64,000 nt of DNA from an uncultured Christensenella sp. (lineage in GTDB: Bacteria > Bacillota > Clostridia > Christensenellales > UBA1750), in assembly GCA_948468595.1 (NCBI GenBank), contig CAOKIU010000006.1, positions 2,527 through 66,526 on the forward strand. The letters run 5' to 3'. Numbering within the stretch: position 1 is the stretch's first letter; each line of letters begins with the position of its first letter. Below the pieces are notes generated by a model. That model saw only the letters and a list, made by a program, of their open reading frames with translations. It did not search any database and was not told the origin of the DNA. This document shows, piece by piece, positions 38,465 through 47,959 of this stretch. A program made the translations under genes and the position numbers.

Positions 38465-39190
38465 ATGAAAAAAACAGTTACAATCGTGCTTGTTGTTTTC
38501 CTGTTCCTTCTAAGTTTACAAGTTACCGCGCTTGCAAGTGAGGAATCAGCGGCTTATCCAACAAAAGACGCCGCGTACATGGCCGCCCCGATTACGAACG
38601 ATGCGCTGCTGAGGCAGCGTGCACTCGCTGGAATCGATGAGCGCAGCGCTGCCGCAAAGGAAGCGGGGGATATCCAGGCGGTGATATTGCTATCCGAGGG
38701 AAGCGATTTCCTGCCATCCGCCGCGCACTGCACGACGCAGCTGCTGGAAAGAAGCATAGAAAATGGAGTGGTCAAAGAGAGCTATGTCACGACGGCAGTG
38801 GCAAGCACCCGGTCGAGCAAAACGAACCACGAGGAAATGGGCAACGTACTGGATGTGTTTGTGACCATCAATTGGAGATGGTATTATGATGATGGCGTGG
38901 GGCAGATTCGGCAGTATCAGTTTATCAATTCCACACATCGTTATGCGCTGAGCGGAAGCACGACGGTGTATAGCATGACGGCAGAAAATAGAGTATATCA
39001 ACCGGGAAATCTACCATATGACAATAGCCAGTATATCTCTTCCCCAATTTCCGATCGCGTTTATTCGCTTGATGGCGCGGATTATTCGGTTTATCCCGGC
39101 GGTGACGGCCATGGGTATGCGGCCAAAACGACGGTGAATACTGCGGCGGGGAGCATCGCTGCGGAAGTTAGCTTCGCATCTGCACCGTAG
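38465..39190 (+). CDS. secreted hypothetical protein (low-GC gene)
   Basis: AAAGGAG before the ATG; signal peptide MKKTVTIVLVVFLFLLSLQVTALA; no family recognised. Confidence 0.6.
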   Translation: MKKTVTIVLVVFLFLLSLQVTALASEESAAYPTKDAAYMAAPITNDALLRQRALAGIDERSAAAKEAGDIQAVILLSEGSDFLPSAAHCTTQLLERSIENGVVKESYVTTAVASTRSSKTNHEEMGNVLDVFVTINWRWYYDDGVGQIRQYQFINSTHRYALSGSTTVYSMTAENRVYQPGNLPYDNSQYISSPISDRVYSLDGADYSVYPGGDGHGYAAKTTVNTAAGSIAAEVSFASAP

Positions 39191-39215
39191 TCCTGGCGCG
39201 AATGGAGGATAAAGG

Positions 39216-40025
39216 ATGAGCAGAAAGGTCGTTTTGCAGAGTGCGGGCGCGCTGTGCGTGGTCGGCGCGCTGATGGTCAGCGGGCTGTGGGCGCGGGCGC
39301 TGAACGCGTGGATGGACGAACTGCTGGTGTGTCTGCTGACGGGCCTTGTGCTGGCCGGGGGACTATGGCTCCTGGGCGCGGTGGATCAGGAGGCGCTGGG
39401 CAGCTTCGGCGAGGCGCTGGCCGGCGCCGTGCTGGGCGTGCTGCTGCTGCTCTTCGGGCGCGTGATGCAGGGCGGGAACCTCGCCGCGCCGCCGTGGCAT
39501 GACGCGGAGTGGACGCCCGCCGTCCCGCCGGCCACGACGCTGGCCGCCGCCCTCATCGCCCTGCTGCTGGCGCGCTGCGCCGAGCGCGCGGCGCATGGGA
39601 AGATGGGCGGATTCTCCGCCCGGCGGTTCGCCGTGATCGCGTTGGCGGTGCTGGTCGTCTGCTTCCATCTGAAGATAGATGATTGGCTGAGGGAGATCCC
39701 GCGCGACCTTGTCTGGCGCATGGAAAATATGCGCGGGGAGGCGGGGTTCTGGAACGCCGTGCGGCTGGGGGTTCTGCTGCTCTTTGGCCTCGCCCTGCTG
39801 CCGTTTGCGCGGCGCGGCAAGCCACACGGCGCGTATCTGACGGCGGTGGGCGGCGCGTATCTGGCGTTGTTTGCCATCGGGTACTTTGCGACCCCGGCCG
39901 CGCTCCCCGCGCTGCGGTGGCTGGGCGTTACCTACGGGGACGCGCCGCTGTACGCGGGGCTGCTCTTTATGGGGTTGTTCGCGCTGTGCGGCGGCAAGCG
40001 GGCGGCTCCGGCGGAACGGACTTAA
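39216..40025 (+). CDS. polytopic membrane protein, unknown function
   Basis: GGAGGATAAAGG before the ATG; six or more hydrophobic segments; high GC, unlike the preceding gene. Confidence 0.55.
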   Translation: MSRKVVLQSAGALCVVGALMVSGLWARALNAWMDELLVCLLTGLVLAGGLWLLGAVDQEALGSFGEALAGAVLGVLLLLFGRVMQGGNLAAPPWHDAEWTPAVPPATTLAAALIALLLARCAERAAHGKMGGFSARRFAVIALAVLVVCFHLKIDDWLREIPRDLVWRMENMRGEAGFWNAVRLGVLLLFGLALLPFARRGKPHGAYLTAVGGAYLALFAIGYFATPAALPALRWLGVTYGDAPLYAGLLFMGLFALCGGKRAAPAERT

Positions 40026-40032
40026 GACACGA

Positions 40033-40064
40033 GGAGGCGCCGGTGAAAACCGACGCCTCCTTTG
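40033..40064. terminator. bidirectional hairpin between convergent genes
   Basis: GGAGGCG...CGCCTCC followed by TTTG. Confidence 0.5.
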
Positions 40065-40076
40065 CGCGCAATGGGA

Positions 40077-41585
40077 TTATTTTGCCGCGGGGCGCTCCTG
40101 CGCCTTGTCGGCCTCGCCGGCGTTCTTGCGGGCGGCAGCCTTGTCGCGGGCCATTTCCTCGACGGTCTTTTCGTGCAGGCGCGCCGCGCCCTCGGTGATG
40201 ATGGGCGGGATGAGCGTGCCCTCTTGCTCGGCCTTGGCCCAGCGGGCCTTGGCGCGCTGGATTTCCTCTTTGTACTGGGGCAGCCACTGCTCCTGGGCGA
40301 TGAGCATCTCGTCCACCATCTGCCAGATCTCGTCCGTGGAGCACACCGCGCCCACCAGCGGGTCCATCATCATGGCCTGGCGCAGCAGGTTGATATCCGC
40401 GTGCACGGCCGCCTCCACGGCCAGGCGCTGCACCGTGATGTTGGACAGGCAGCAGGCCGCGCAGCCCAGGGGCAAATCACCCAGGCGCGGGATGTTGATG
40501 CCGTGGGTATCGACATAGCCCGGCACCTCCACAACCGCGTCATCGGGCAGGTTGGCGATGCAGCCGTTGTTGACCACGTTGAAGTGGCCGCGGTAGAGGC
40601 GCCCCGTCTCCAGCGACTCGATGATGTAGCCGCCGTGCTCGCGGGAGCGCTTGTTGTAGTCGTAGACCTTGGGCGGCTCCTTCATCCAGTTGGGGAAGTC
40701 GGTCTCAAACCAGTTGCGGCCCTCCTTGCACACGCGCAGGTAGCCGCCCGTCTCGCCGTTGATCCACACGCCCAGGTCGATCCACTTGCGGATCTCGCCG
40801 GTGCGCTTGCGGTACCAAGGCACGTACTCGGAGAGATGGCCGTTGGACTCGGTGGAGAAGTAGCCAAAGCGCTTCATCATGTCGATGCGCACCTTTTCGG
40901 TCTTGGCGATCTCCGGGTCCGCCTCCAGCGCCGCCAGCAGCTTGTCCTTGAGCTCCACGCCGTTGTGCTTGATGGAGGTATACCACGTCATGTGGTTGAT
41001 GCCCGCGCAGATGATGTCGATGTCCTTGGTCTCATACCCCAGGGCCTTGGCGATCAGCTCGTGGCCGCCCTGCACGCCGTGACAAAGGCCCACGGTGGGC
41101 ACCCCGCCATACTTGTTGCAGAACCAAGTCACCATCGCGTTGGGGTTGGAGTAGTTCAGCAGCAGGCAGCCGGGCTTTGCCACCTCGCGGATGTCCTTGC
41201 AAAAGTCCGCCATGGCGGCAATATCGCGCTGGGCGTACATAATGCCGCCCGCGCAGAGCGTATCGCCCACGCACTGGTCCACGCCGTATTTGAGCGGGAT
41301 CTCCACATCCAGCGTGAACGCCTCCAGCATGCCGATGCGCACGCAGCAGATCACGTAGTCCGCGTCGCGGAACGCCTCGCGGCGGTCCAGCGTCGCCTGG
41401 ATCTGAATGGACAGGCCGTTGGCTTCGATGTCGCGCTGGCAGAGCTGCGTGACCATGGATAGGTTGTGCTCGTTGATGTCGGTAAAGGCCACCTCAATGC
41501 CGCGGAACTCGGGAACCGAGAGAATGTCGGTGAGCAGGCCGCGCGTAAAGCCGATGGAACCGGCGCCGATGAACGCGATTTTCAT
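40077..41585 (-). CDS. glycoside hydrolase family 4 alpha-galactosidase/alpha-glucosidase (MelA-like)
   Basis: Start moved to the ATG at 41585 (MKIAFIGAGSIGFTR NAD-binding start); GH4 motifs NYSNPNAM and GLCHGV; ~60 aa charged C-terminal tail. Confidence 0.8.
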   Translation of the reverse strand: MKIAFIGAGSIGFTRGLLTDILSVPEFRGIEVAFTDINEHNLSMVTQLCQRDIEANGLSIQIQATLDRREAFRDADYVICCVRIGMLEAFTLDVEIPLKYGVDQCVGDTLCAGGIMYAQRDIAAMADFCKDIREVAKPGCLLLNYSNPNAMVTWFCNKYGGVPTVGLCHGVQGGHELIAKALGYETKDIDIICAGINHMTWYTSIKHNGVELKDKLLAALEADPEIAKTEKVRIDMMKRFGYFSTESNGHLSEYVPWYRKRTGEIRKWIDLGVWINGETGGYLRVCKEGRNWFETDFPNWMKEPPKVYDYNKRSREHGGYIIESLETGRLYRGHFNVVNNGCIANLPDDAVVEVPGYVDTHGINIPRLGDLPLGCAACCLSNITVQRLAVEAAVHADINLLRQAMMMDPLVGAVCSTDEIWQMVDEMLIAQEQWLPQYKEEIQRAKARWAKAEQEGTLIPPIITEGAARLHEKTVEEMARDKAAARKNAGEADKAQERPAAK

Positions 41586-41731
41586 AATAGAGGGCCACTC
41601 CTTCTCTTGCTTGATGCCCTCATTGTACCATGCGGCCCCGCCCGTGGCCACAGGGCGGGCAAAACTTTGGTTGCAATCCGCGTCACCGGGCGCTATACTG
41701 GTTGCAATCTGCAACATTGGGAGGGGAGAGC

Positions 41732-42622
41732 ATGCCCGCGTTTAGCCTTTACGATCCCGCGCTCTATGAGCGGCGCTATGCCCCGCACGCGGTGTTCTAC
41801 TACGACCGGGTCTGGGATGGGTACAGGATGGAGACCCACACGCATCCCCAGGTGGAGATCATGTACCTGGTGGCCGGCCGCTGCCAGGTCTATTGGACGC
41901 AGGAGGGGCAGGAGCGGCGGTGCGACCTTGCCCCCGGCACCTACATTCTGCTCGATACCGGCGTGCCGCACCGCCTGTTTGTGCAGGAGGGTCAGCCCTG
42001 CCGCATGAAGAACATTGAGTTCGCCTTCACCCTCTCCACGCCCGCGCAAATGGCCATGGCGCAGCTCTACCAGGGCTCGGAGGACCTGCGCAACCTGCTC
42101 AAGGGCCGCAGCCCCGTCCTCTTTGGCGCGGACCCCCAGGGGGACCTGCTGCGCGCGTTCGACTCCCTGCTCACCTTCTATCTTTATTCGCTGGAAAAGC
42201 CCCACGCCAAGACCGTGACCGATCACGCCTTCTGCATGCTGCTGCTCACCATTGCCTACTTGCAGGGCCAGGCGGGCGGCGGGCAGGTGATCTACCTGCG
42301 CCGGGCCCTGGGCTACATCGAGGCGCACATCGGGGAGCGGGTGACGGCGGCGGACACGGCCCGGGCCGCGGGCGTGCATCCCGTCTATTTGCAGCGGCTG
42401 TTCAAGGCGGCGCTGGGCATGACGATGGTGCAATATGTTACCTCCAAGCGCGTGGACCGCGCCGCGTATCTGCTGCGCCACACCGCAAAGCCCGCCGCCC
42501 AGATCGCCCGCGAGGTGGGCTTTGGCAGCCGCCAGCAGTTCTACCGCAGCTTTGTCCGGGAAAAGGGCGAGGCCCCGCAAGCGTACCGCCTGCGGCATCG
42601 GGGGGAAATGCGCGCCGGATGA
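41732..42622 (+). CDS. AraC-family transcriptional regulator (cupin N-domain plus HTH C-domain)
   Basis: GGGAGGGGAGAG before ATG 41732; C-terminal AraC HTH (AARAAGVHPVYLQRLFK...IAREVGFGSRQQFYRSF); divergent from the GH4 gene. Confidence 0.8.
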   Translation: MPAFSLYDPALYERRYAPHAVFYYDRVWDGYRMETHTHPQVEIMYLVAGRCQVYWTQEGQERRCDLAPGTYILLDTGVPHRLFVQEGQPCRMKNIEFAFTLSTPAQMAMAQLYQGSEDLRNLLKGRSPVLFGADPQGDLLRAFDSLLTFYLYSLEKPHAKTVTDHAFCMLLLTIAYLQGQAGGGQVIYLRRALGYIEAHIGERVTAADTARAAGVHPVYLQRLFKAALGMTMVQYVTSKRVDRAAYLLRHTAKPAAQIAREVGFGSRQQFYRSFVREKGEAPQAYRLRHRGEMRAG

Positions 42623-42766
42623 ATTATGGCTTGTTCAGGGGTCAGAGCAGAAAAGTCAGGAGCCGCTATGGGGCGTTAACCAAAAGCAGTGCGGTACGGC
42701 GGCTTTGTCCTGGAAAAGGGCGAGGCCACGCGCGCATCGCCCGCGCTATCGGGAGTAAACGCACAA

Positions 42767-42807
42767 CCGGGACGCATCGCGTTTGCGATGCGTCCCGGTG
42801 AATTTTT
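42767..42807. terminator. terminator hairpin shared by convergent genes
   Basis: CCGGGACGCATCGC / GCGATGCGTCCCGG 14-bp stem, GTTT loop, then TGAATTTTTA. Confidence 0.7.
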
Positions 42808-42813
42808 ATCCGT

Positions 42814-43773
42814 TCAGCGGTCCAATCCCTGACCGGCGGGAGCCCAGAGCAGCCCGAGCAGTAAGGGCGGGAGCACGCGATAGGGCATCACACAGAGGAA
42901 CAACAGCGGGAGCCAGCGGGTTTCCAGCGCCATGGCCGCCTGCGGGGGGAACAGCGTAAGGAGGTACGGAACGTAGCGCGCCGTATCCATAGGGTTGACA
43001 TAGTAGGGGCCCAGAAACAGCCCCGACCCCAGCAGAAACAGCGCGACGCAGGCGGCGCTGAGTCCAACGCGAGCCCATCGCCGCAAGGCGGGAAGCCTGC
43101 CCGCCCAAAGCCCCAGCCCCAGCGAAAGCAGAGGCGTGGCCAGCAGCGCGGCAAGGCACAGCCCGGAGTACAGGCCGAGCCTTCCCTGACCCGATTGCAT
43201 CGTGACGCCAAACCAATTGTCCGCATACGTCCGCGTGGCCGCCCAGGAGATCAGCCCGTCCGCCGCCAGCGCGGCGCAAGCGGCAAGGCACAGCGCGAGG
43301 CAGGGCCGCCACGCAAAGCGCCGCTCCCGCCAGTGCGGCAGGCCGCCCAGCGCCGCTCCGGCCGTCAGGCCCAGCAACAGCTGGGAGAGCAAGCCGTACA
43401 GCGTTGCGTGGTCGTCGCGCACAAACAGGTAGATCAGCGGACTGCGGCCCGGGAGCATGCGCAGCGCGCCCAGGCCCTCCCGGCTGCCCTCAACATAACC
43501 GGAAGACGTCCAGGCAAGGTAATCCATGGGCGCGCGCAGCCGGATCGAGGCCAGGAGCAGCAGCGCCGCGCAGGGAAGGAAGGCCAGCGGGTGCAGCCGG
43601 CGGCGCAGGCTGCCGGAGCCCTCCAGACACAAGCCCACGGCGAGCGCCAGCACCTCCAGCGGCACGATCGGCCGGGCAAAGCTCGCACTTTCCCCCATTT
43701 GGCGCGCCACGAGGAAGAATGGCGCGAGGAGGCAGAGCAGCGGCGTCAGCGCGATGAGCGGTTTCCTCTTCAC
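42814..43773 (-). CDS. polytopic membrane protein, unknown function
   Basis: GTG start at 43773 with AGGAGG 8 nt upstream; eight or more hydrophobic segments. Confidence 0.55.
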   Translation of the reverse strand: MKRKPLIALTPLLCLLAPFFLVARQMGESASFARPIVPLEVLALAVGLCLEGSGSLRRRLHPLAFLPCAALLLLASIRLRAPMDYLAWTSSGYVEGSREGLGALRMLPGRSPLIYLFVRDDHATLYGLLSQLLLGLTAGAALGGLPHWRERRFAWRPCLALCLAACAALAADGLISWAATRTYADNWFGVTMQSGQGRLGLYSGLCLAALLATPLLSLGLGLWAGRLPALRRWARVGLSAACVALFLLGSGLFLGPYYVNPMDTARYVPYLLTLFPPQAAMALETRWLPLLFLCVMPYRVLPPLLLGLLWAPAGQGLDR

Positions 43774-43954
43774 AGGGCAGACCTCCTTATTGGACCGGCG
43801 GTAGGGATGAAAGTCCAAAAGAATCACAAAGACCTGGGTTACAGCTGGAGATGGCATGCGTTCGGCCGTTCGGATTCCCTGCGGGCTGGTCCGCTAACGG
43901 CGCGAACTCTCTATTCAATTGTCTTATTCTGGGACCAGCATAGCGCAATGGATA

Positions 43955-43984
43955 GAAAAAAGCAAGCGGCAAATCCCGCTTGCT
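43955..43984 (-). terminator. rho-independent terminator of the MFS gene
   Basis: Minus strand: AAGCAAGCGG / CCGCTTGCTT stem followed by TTTTTT. Confidence 0.75.
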
Positions 43985-43992
43985 TATGGGTT

Positions 43993-45315
43993 TTACTGCA
44001 TCTGCCTGACGCCCAAGCGCCGGTAGCGGAAGATAAAGATCGTCAGCGCAACGGAGCGCAGGCACAGCACGATGAGGTTGAAGAACAGGAACGCGCGGTA
44101 GTCGGCGCCCAGCGCGTTGTACAGCTTCACGCCCAGGAAAGGCATGACGCCGTTGGAGAGGGTGACAAAGGCCATGTTGAGGGAGACGATGAGAGAGCGA
44201 TTCTTCTCGGGCGTCACGTCCAGCAGCATCTGTACCAAGCACAGGTTGCTGGCGCTCTGGGGAATGCAGATGAGCGTGCCGACGACGATGAAGACGAAGG
44301 GCCGCAGCGCAACCGGGGACACGCCGGAGATGAGCATGGTCACCGGGCAGAGCACCAGCGACAGCACGCAGAAGATGAAGGAGAACTGCACGCCCTTTTT
44401 CTCGTTGAGCTTGACGAAGATGCCCATGGTCACCAGCTGCAAAATGGCGGTTGACGCGGAGAAAAAGGAGAGCTGCGCCTCGGTCATGCCCACGTACTGC
44501 GTCTGGCCGATGTACCACATGCTCCAGTCCAGATGCCAGCCCATGTAAAAGAACATGATGCACACAAAGTAGGACAGAAAGCGCCTGTCCCTCGCCAGCG
44601 TCTTGAACACCACGGAGAATTCCCGAAGGGTGAACTTGGGAATGGCCTTGAGCATTTCGGGCGTGCGCTGCCCGCCCTTGATGCGCGAGAGCACGAAGGC
44701 GTTGACGAGGCACAGCGCGCCGCACAGATAGAAGAAGACGCGCAGCACCTGGAGCTTGGCCTCGCTGTCCGGCATGGCGGTCAGGATCGTGCCGCAGAGA
44801 ATGGGCGCGATGGTGCTGATGAGAAAGACAAAGCGGTTGCGGAAGGCGTAGACCCGGTTGCGGTCGCCAATGGGGGTCACATCGCCGAAAAACGCCTGCC
44901 AAATGGCGTTGTAGATGGCCAGCACCCCAGCGGTGAGGGAGACAAAGATGAAAAAGAAGATCATGCGCATCTCGCCCATGGCCGGCACCGTGCCATAGAA
45001 AAAGTACATCACGCCAAGGAAGAGCAGCGTGAGCATGGGCATGGTCTTGGAGTTCTTTAGCCGGTCGCCGATGATGCCCGCCGGCAGCAGCAGCACCACG
45101 GCCGTGAGGTTGGCCACGAGCTGCACCATGCCGATTTGGCTGTCGGTGGCGCCCAAATTTGTGGCGTAGAGGTTGGTGCCAAACCCGCTGACACCCGACA
45201 GAGACATCACGAATTGGAAGAGCAGCCCCTCGATGCCGAACAGGATCATCATGCGGTTGCGGTCTCCGGCCAGGAAGCCTGAAAAGTTGTTCTTGATCTT
45301 TTTGAACTGGTTCAT
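43993..45315 (-). CDS. MFS transporter (glycoside/sugar-type by context)
   Basis: 440 aa, about 12 TM segments; sits in the AraC/GH4 locus. Confidence 0.7.
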   Translation of the reverse strand: MNQFKKIKNNFSGFLAGDRNRMMILFGIEGLLFQFVMSLSGVSGFGTNLYATNLGATDSQIGMVQLVANLTAVVLLLPAGIIGDRLKNSKTMPMLTLLFLGVMYFFYGTVPAMGEMRMIFFFIFVSLTAGVLAIYNAIWQAFFGDVTPIGDRNRVYAFRNRFVFLISTIAPILCGTILTAMPDSEAKLQVLRVFFYLCGALCLVNAFVLSRIKGGQRTPEMLKAIPKFTLREFSVVFKTLARDRRFLSYFVCIMFFYMGWHLDWSMWYIGQTQYVGMTEAQLSFFSASTAILQLVTMGIFVKLNEKKGVQFSFIFCVLSLVLCPVTMLISGVSPVALRPFVFIVVGTLICIPQSASNLCLVQMLLDVTPEKNRSLIVSLNMAFVTLSNGVMPFLGVKLYNALGADYRAFLFFNLIVLCLRSVALTIFIFRYRRLGVRQMQ

Positions 45316-45399
45316 GTTCCGCCCCTCAAACTATTTATATTCCACAGGACATTATACAGAAAACGCGCGCCATACACAAATGAAGATTTAGTTAGCGGC

Positions 45400-45843
45400 G
45401 GGGTTCAGAACCATGAATGGGAATCATTTCCAAGAGGGGCGCATAAAAGCGCTGCTCCTGCCCGGGCGGATCATCTCCATGTACGAGAGGGGTATTGCAA
45501 GGTGGGCAAAAGGGTGCTCCTCGCCACCGCAATGGCTTGCAGGGAGCGCGCGGCAAAATTGGTGGCGGAGACCAGGATACCGACCGATTCGACCATGATG
45601 CCCTCGTGCGCGCACGCACCCCGGAAGACTACGCCTTGCGGCGCGCGAGTCACTCCCATGGGTGAGGGCCTGCATAGTCAAGGTGGGTAAAGGCGGCTGA
45701 TGGCGCCGGCCGATGCGGTCGTGATGCCATCATGCGTGCCGCGCCTCGGGAGACTACACTTTCCAAGGCGAAGAGTGGCATTGCCAGGGTGGGTAAAAAA
45801 GCGCTCCCCGCAGCCCTTATGGCTTGCGGGGAGCGCGCGGGCT
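45400..45843. repeat. about 150-bp tandem units that are degenerate copies of the leuA 3-prime end and its terminator
   Basis: GGCGG(T/C)TGATGGCG at 45855 and about 45702, and AATTGGTGGCGGAG at about 45555. The terminator-like element is repeated at 45795-45836 and about 45495-45545. Confidence 0.8.
45795..45836 (-). terminator. rho-independent terminator of leuA
   Basis: Minus strand: GCGCTCCCCGCA / TGCGGGGAGCGC stem followed by TTTTTT, 8 nt after the stop. Confidence 0.8.
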
Positions 45844-47508
45844 TCACTTGCCCAGGCGGTTGATGGCGGAGACCAGGGCGTTGACCGAGGCGGCCATGAT
45901 GTCGTCATGCGTGCCCGCGCCCCAGGACACCACGCCCTCCGGCGTGCGAATGCCCACGTAGGCGATGGCTTTGGCGTTGGAGCCTTGGTCGATGGCGTGT
46001 TCCTGGTATTTGATGATGGAATACTGATAGCCCAGGTTTTCCTTCAGCGCGTTGGAAACCGCGTCCAGGCGGCCATTGCCCCGGGCGGTGAAGGTCATTT
46101 CCTCCTTGCCGCGGTAGACGGTGACGAGCGCCACGATGCCGTCCTCCTGCTTAAAGTGCGCCTCCACCACATCCAGCGGATCAAAGCAGTTGACGTAGTT
46201 TTCCATGAACACGGCCAGAATCTCGTCCGCTTGCATCTCCTTGTGCAGCCGGTCGGAGATGCGCTTGACCGTGTAGCCAAAGTCCTCGCGCATGGCCGCG
46301 GGCAGGTCGTAGCCATACCGGCTCTCCAGCACGTGGCTGATGCCGCCCTTGCCCGACTGGCTGTTGATGCGGATGACGTCGCTGTCATACTCCCGGCCGA
46401 TGTCCTTGGGATCGATGGAGAGGTAGGGCACCGTCCAGCGCCCGCAGGCGTGCTCCTTGTGCCAGCGCATTCCCTTGGTGATGGCGTCCTGATGGCCGCC
46501 GGAGAAGGCCGCAAAGACCAATTGGCCCGCGTAGGGCTGCCGCTCGGGCACGCGCATCCCCGTCACGCGCTCGTATGTCGAGACCAATTCCGGCACGTTG
46601 GAAAGCTCCAGGCCCGGGTCCACGCCCTGGGCGTACATATTCAGCGCCAGGGTCAAGATGTCCGCGTTGCCGGTGCGCTCGCCGTTGCCAAAGAGCGTCC
46701 CCTCCACGCGGTCCGCGCCCGCAAGCAGGCCCATCTCCGTATCGGCCACGGCGCAGCCCCGGTCGTTGTGCGGGTGCAGCGAGACGATCACATGCGCGCG
46801 GTGATGCAGATGGTCGCACATGTACTCGATCTGGTTGGCGTAGACGTGGGGCATGGACAGCGATACCGTCGCCGGCAGGTTGAGGATGACGGGGCGCTCC
46901 TTGGTGGGCTGCCACACGTCCAGCACGTCGTTGCACACCTCCAGCGCGAAATCCAGCTCAGTGCCGGTAAACGACTCGGGTGAGTACTCAAAGAGGATCT
47001 GACTGCCCTCCATCATCTCTTCCTTCAGGCGCAGGCACTCCCTGGCGCCGGTGAGGGCGATCTCCTTGATCTGCTGGCGCGACATGTGAAATACCTGCTC
47101 CCGCTGCGCCAGGGATGTGGGGTTGTACAGGTGAACAATGGCGCGCTTTACGCCCTTGAGCGCTTCAAACGCCTTGCGGATGAGGTGGCTGCGCGACTGC
47201 GTGAGCACCTGAATGGTCACATCCTCCGGGATGAGGCCGCGCTCGATCAGCGTGCGGGTGAACAAGTACTCCGTATCGGACGCCCCGGGGAACCCCACTT
47301 CAATCTCCTTAAAGCCCGCCTTGACCAGGGCGGTGAAGAAATCGATCTTCTCTTCCAGGCTCATGGGCACCACCAGCGCCTGGTTGCCGTCCCTTAGGTC
47401 CACCGAGCACCAAATTGGCGCGCGCTCGATGTGGTCGCGCTGGGCCCAACGCATGGGCGGCCGTTCCGGCGCGAAGTACTGAATGCCGTATTTGCTCACG
47501 TTTTCCAT
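45844..47508 (-). CDS. leuA: 2-isopropylmalate synthase (long form)
   Basis: Start moved to the ATG at 47508 (MENVSKYGIQYF...); APIWCSVDLRDGNQAL, HPHNDRGCAVA and the LeuA dimerisation/regulatory C-domain. Confidence 0.9.
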   Translation of the reverse strand: MENVSKYGIQYFAPERPPMRWAQRDHIERAPIWCSVDLRDGNQALVVPMSLEEKIDFFTALVKAGFKEIEVGFPGASDTEYLFTRTLIERGLIPEDVTIQVLTQSRSHLIRKAFEALKGVKRAIVHLYNPTSLAQREQVFHMSRQQIKEIALTGARECLRLKEEMMEGSQILFEYSPESFTGTELDFALEVCNDVLDVWQPTKERPVILNLPATVSLSMPHVYANQIEYMCDHLHHRAHVIVSLHPHNDRGCAVADTEMGLLAGADRVEGTLFGNGERTGNADILTLALNMYAQGVDPGLELSNVPELVSTYERVTGMRVPERQPYAGQLVFAAFSGGHQDAITKGMRWHKEHACGRWTVPYLSIDPKDIGREYDSDVIRINSQSGKGGISHVLESRYGYDLPAAMREDFGYTVKRISDRLHKEMQADEILAVFMENYVNCFDPLDVVEAHFKQEDGIVALVTVYRGKEEMTFTARGNGRLDAVSNALKENLGYQYSIIKYQEHAIDQGSNAKAIAYVGIRTPEGVVSWGAGTHDDIMAASVNALVSAINRLGK

Positions 47509-47574
47509 CCCAATGATCCCCTTTCCCCGTTGCGTTCCGCGCGGCCGCCGCGCATGGCGCGCACAGCCGCGCCG

Positions 47575-47875
47575 ATGAAAAAACGCCCTCGTCCCCCACA
47601 AGTTGCAGGAGACGAAGGCGCTTGTCATTCCTCCGCGGTACCACTCTGCTTGACGCGCGTCGCGCGTCCGGCTCGCTTCGCATCGGCGGCGTTGCCGCGA
47701 ATGCGCGTCCCTTTTAACGGCGGGAACCCGGCCTTGCCTAGTCGCTCTTGGGTGGCGGTTCAGCAGGCTGCTCAAGGGAGAGTGCGCGTCCCCTCCGCGT
47801 GCCGCCTCGCACCTTAACGGCGGCTCTCTTGGACGGCGGAAAAAGTGCGCTTTTGCCCTGTCAAAGCATTTACTG
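47575..47875 (-). promoter_or_regulatory. T-box riboswitch leader, probably Leu-specific
   Basis: Minus-strand RNA has an AGAGAG box, a GGUGCGA distal-loop motif, candidate specifier CUC or UUG-A, and the T-box sequence AGUGGUACCGCGG. A terminator follows: CGCCUUCGUCUCC...GGGGGACGAGGGCG then UUUUUU. Confidence 0.8.
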
Positions 47876-47881
47876 CCCTAA

Positions 47882-47910
47882 AGTATACGTTCCCCGCGCG
47901 GATTTGTCAA
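47882..47910 (-). promoter_or_regulatory. sigma70/SigA-type promoter of the leuA leader
   Basis: Minus strand: TTGACA, 17 nt spacer, TATACT. Confidence 0.65.
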
Positions 47911-47959
47911 GGGTGCGGCGGAGACAGCCCCGGATTTCCGCAAAGGATGGGCGCCTGAG

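Noticed and set aside
47509-47775. N-terminal 89-codon extension of leuA in the ORF track (ORF 45844-47775).
   Set aside because: The extension covers the T-box leader and its terminator. The conserved LeuA N-terminus begins at MENVSKYGIQYF (ATG at 47508), which has its own purine-rich ribosome-binding region.
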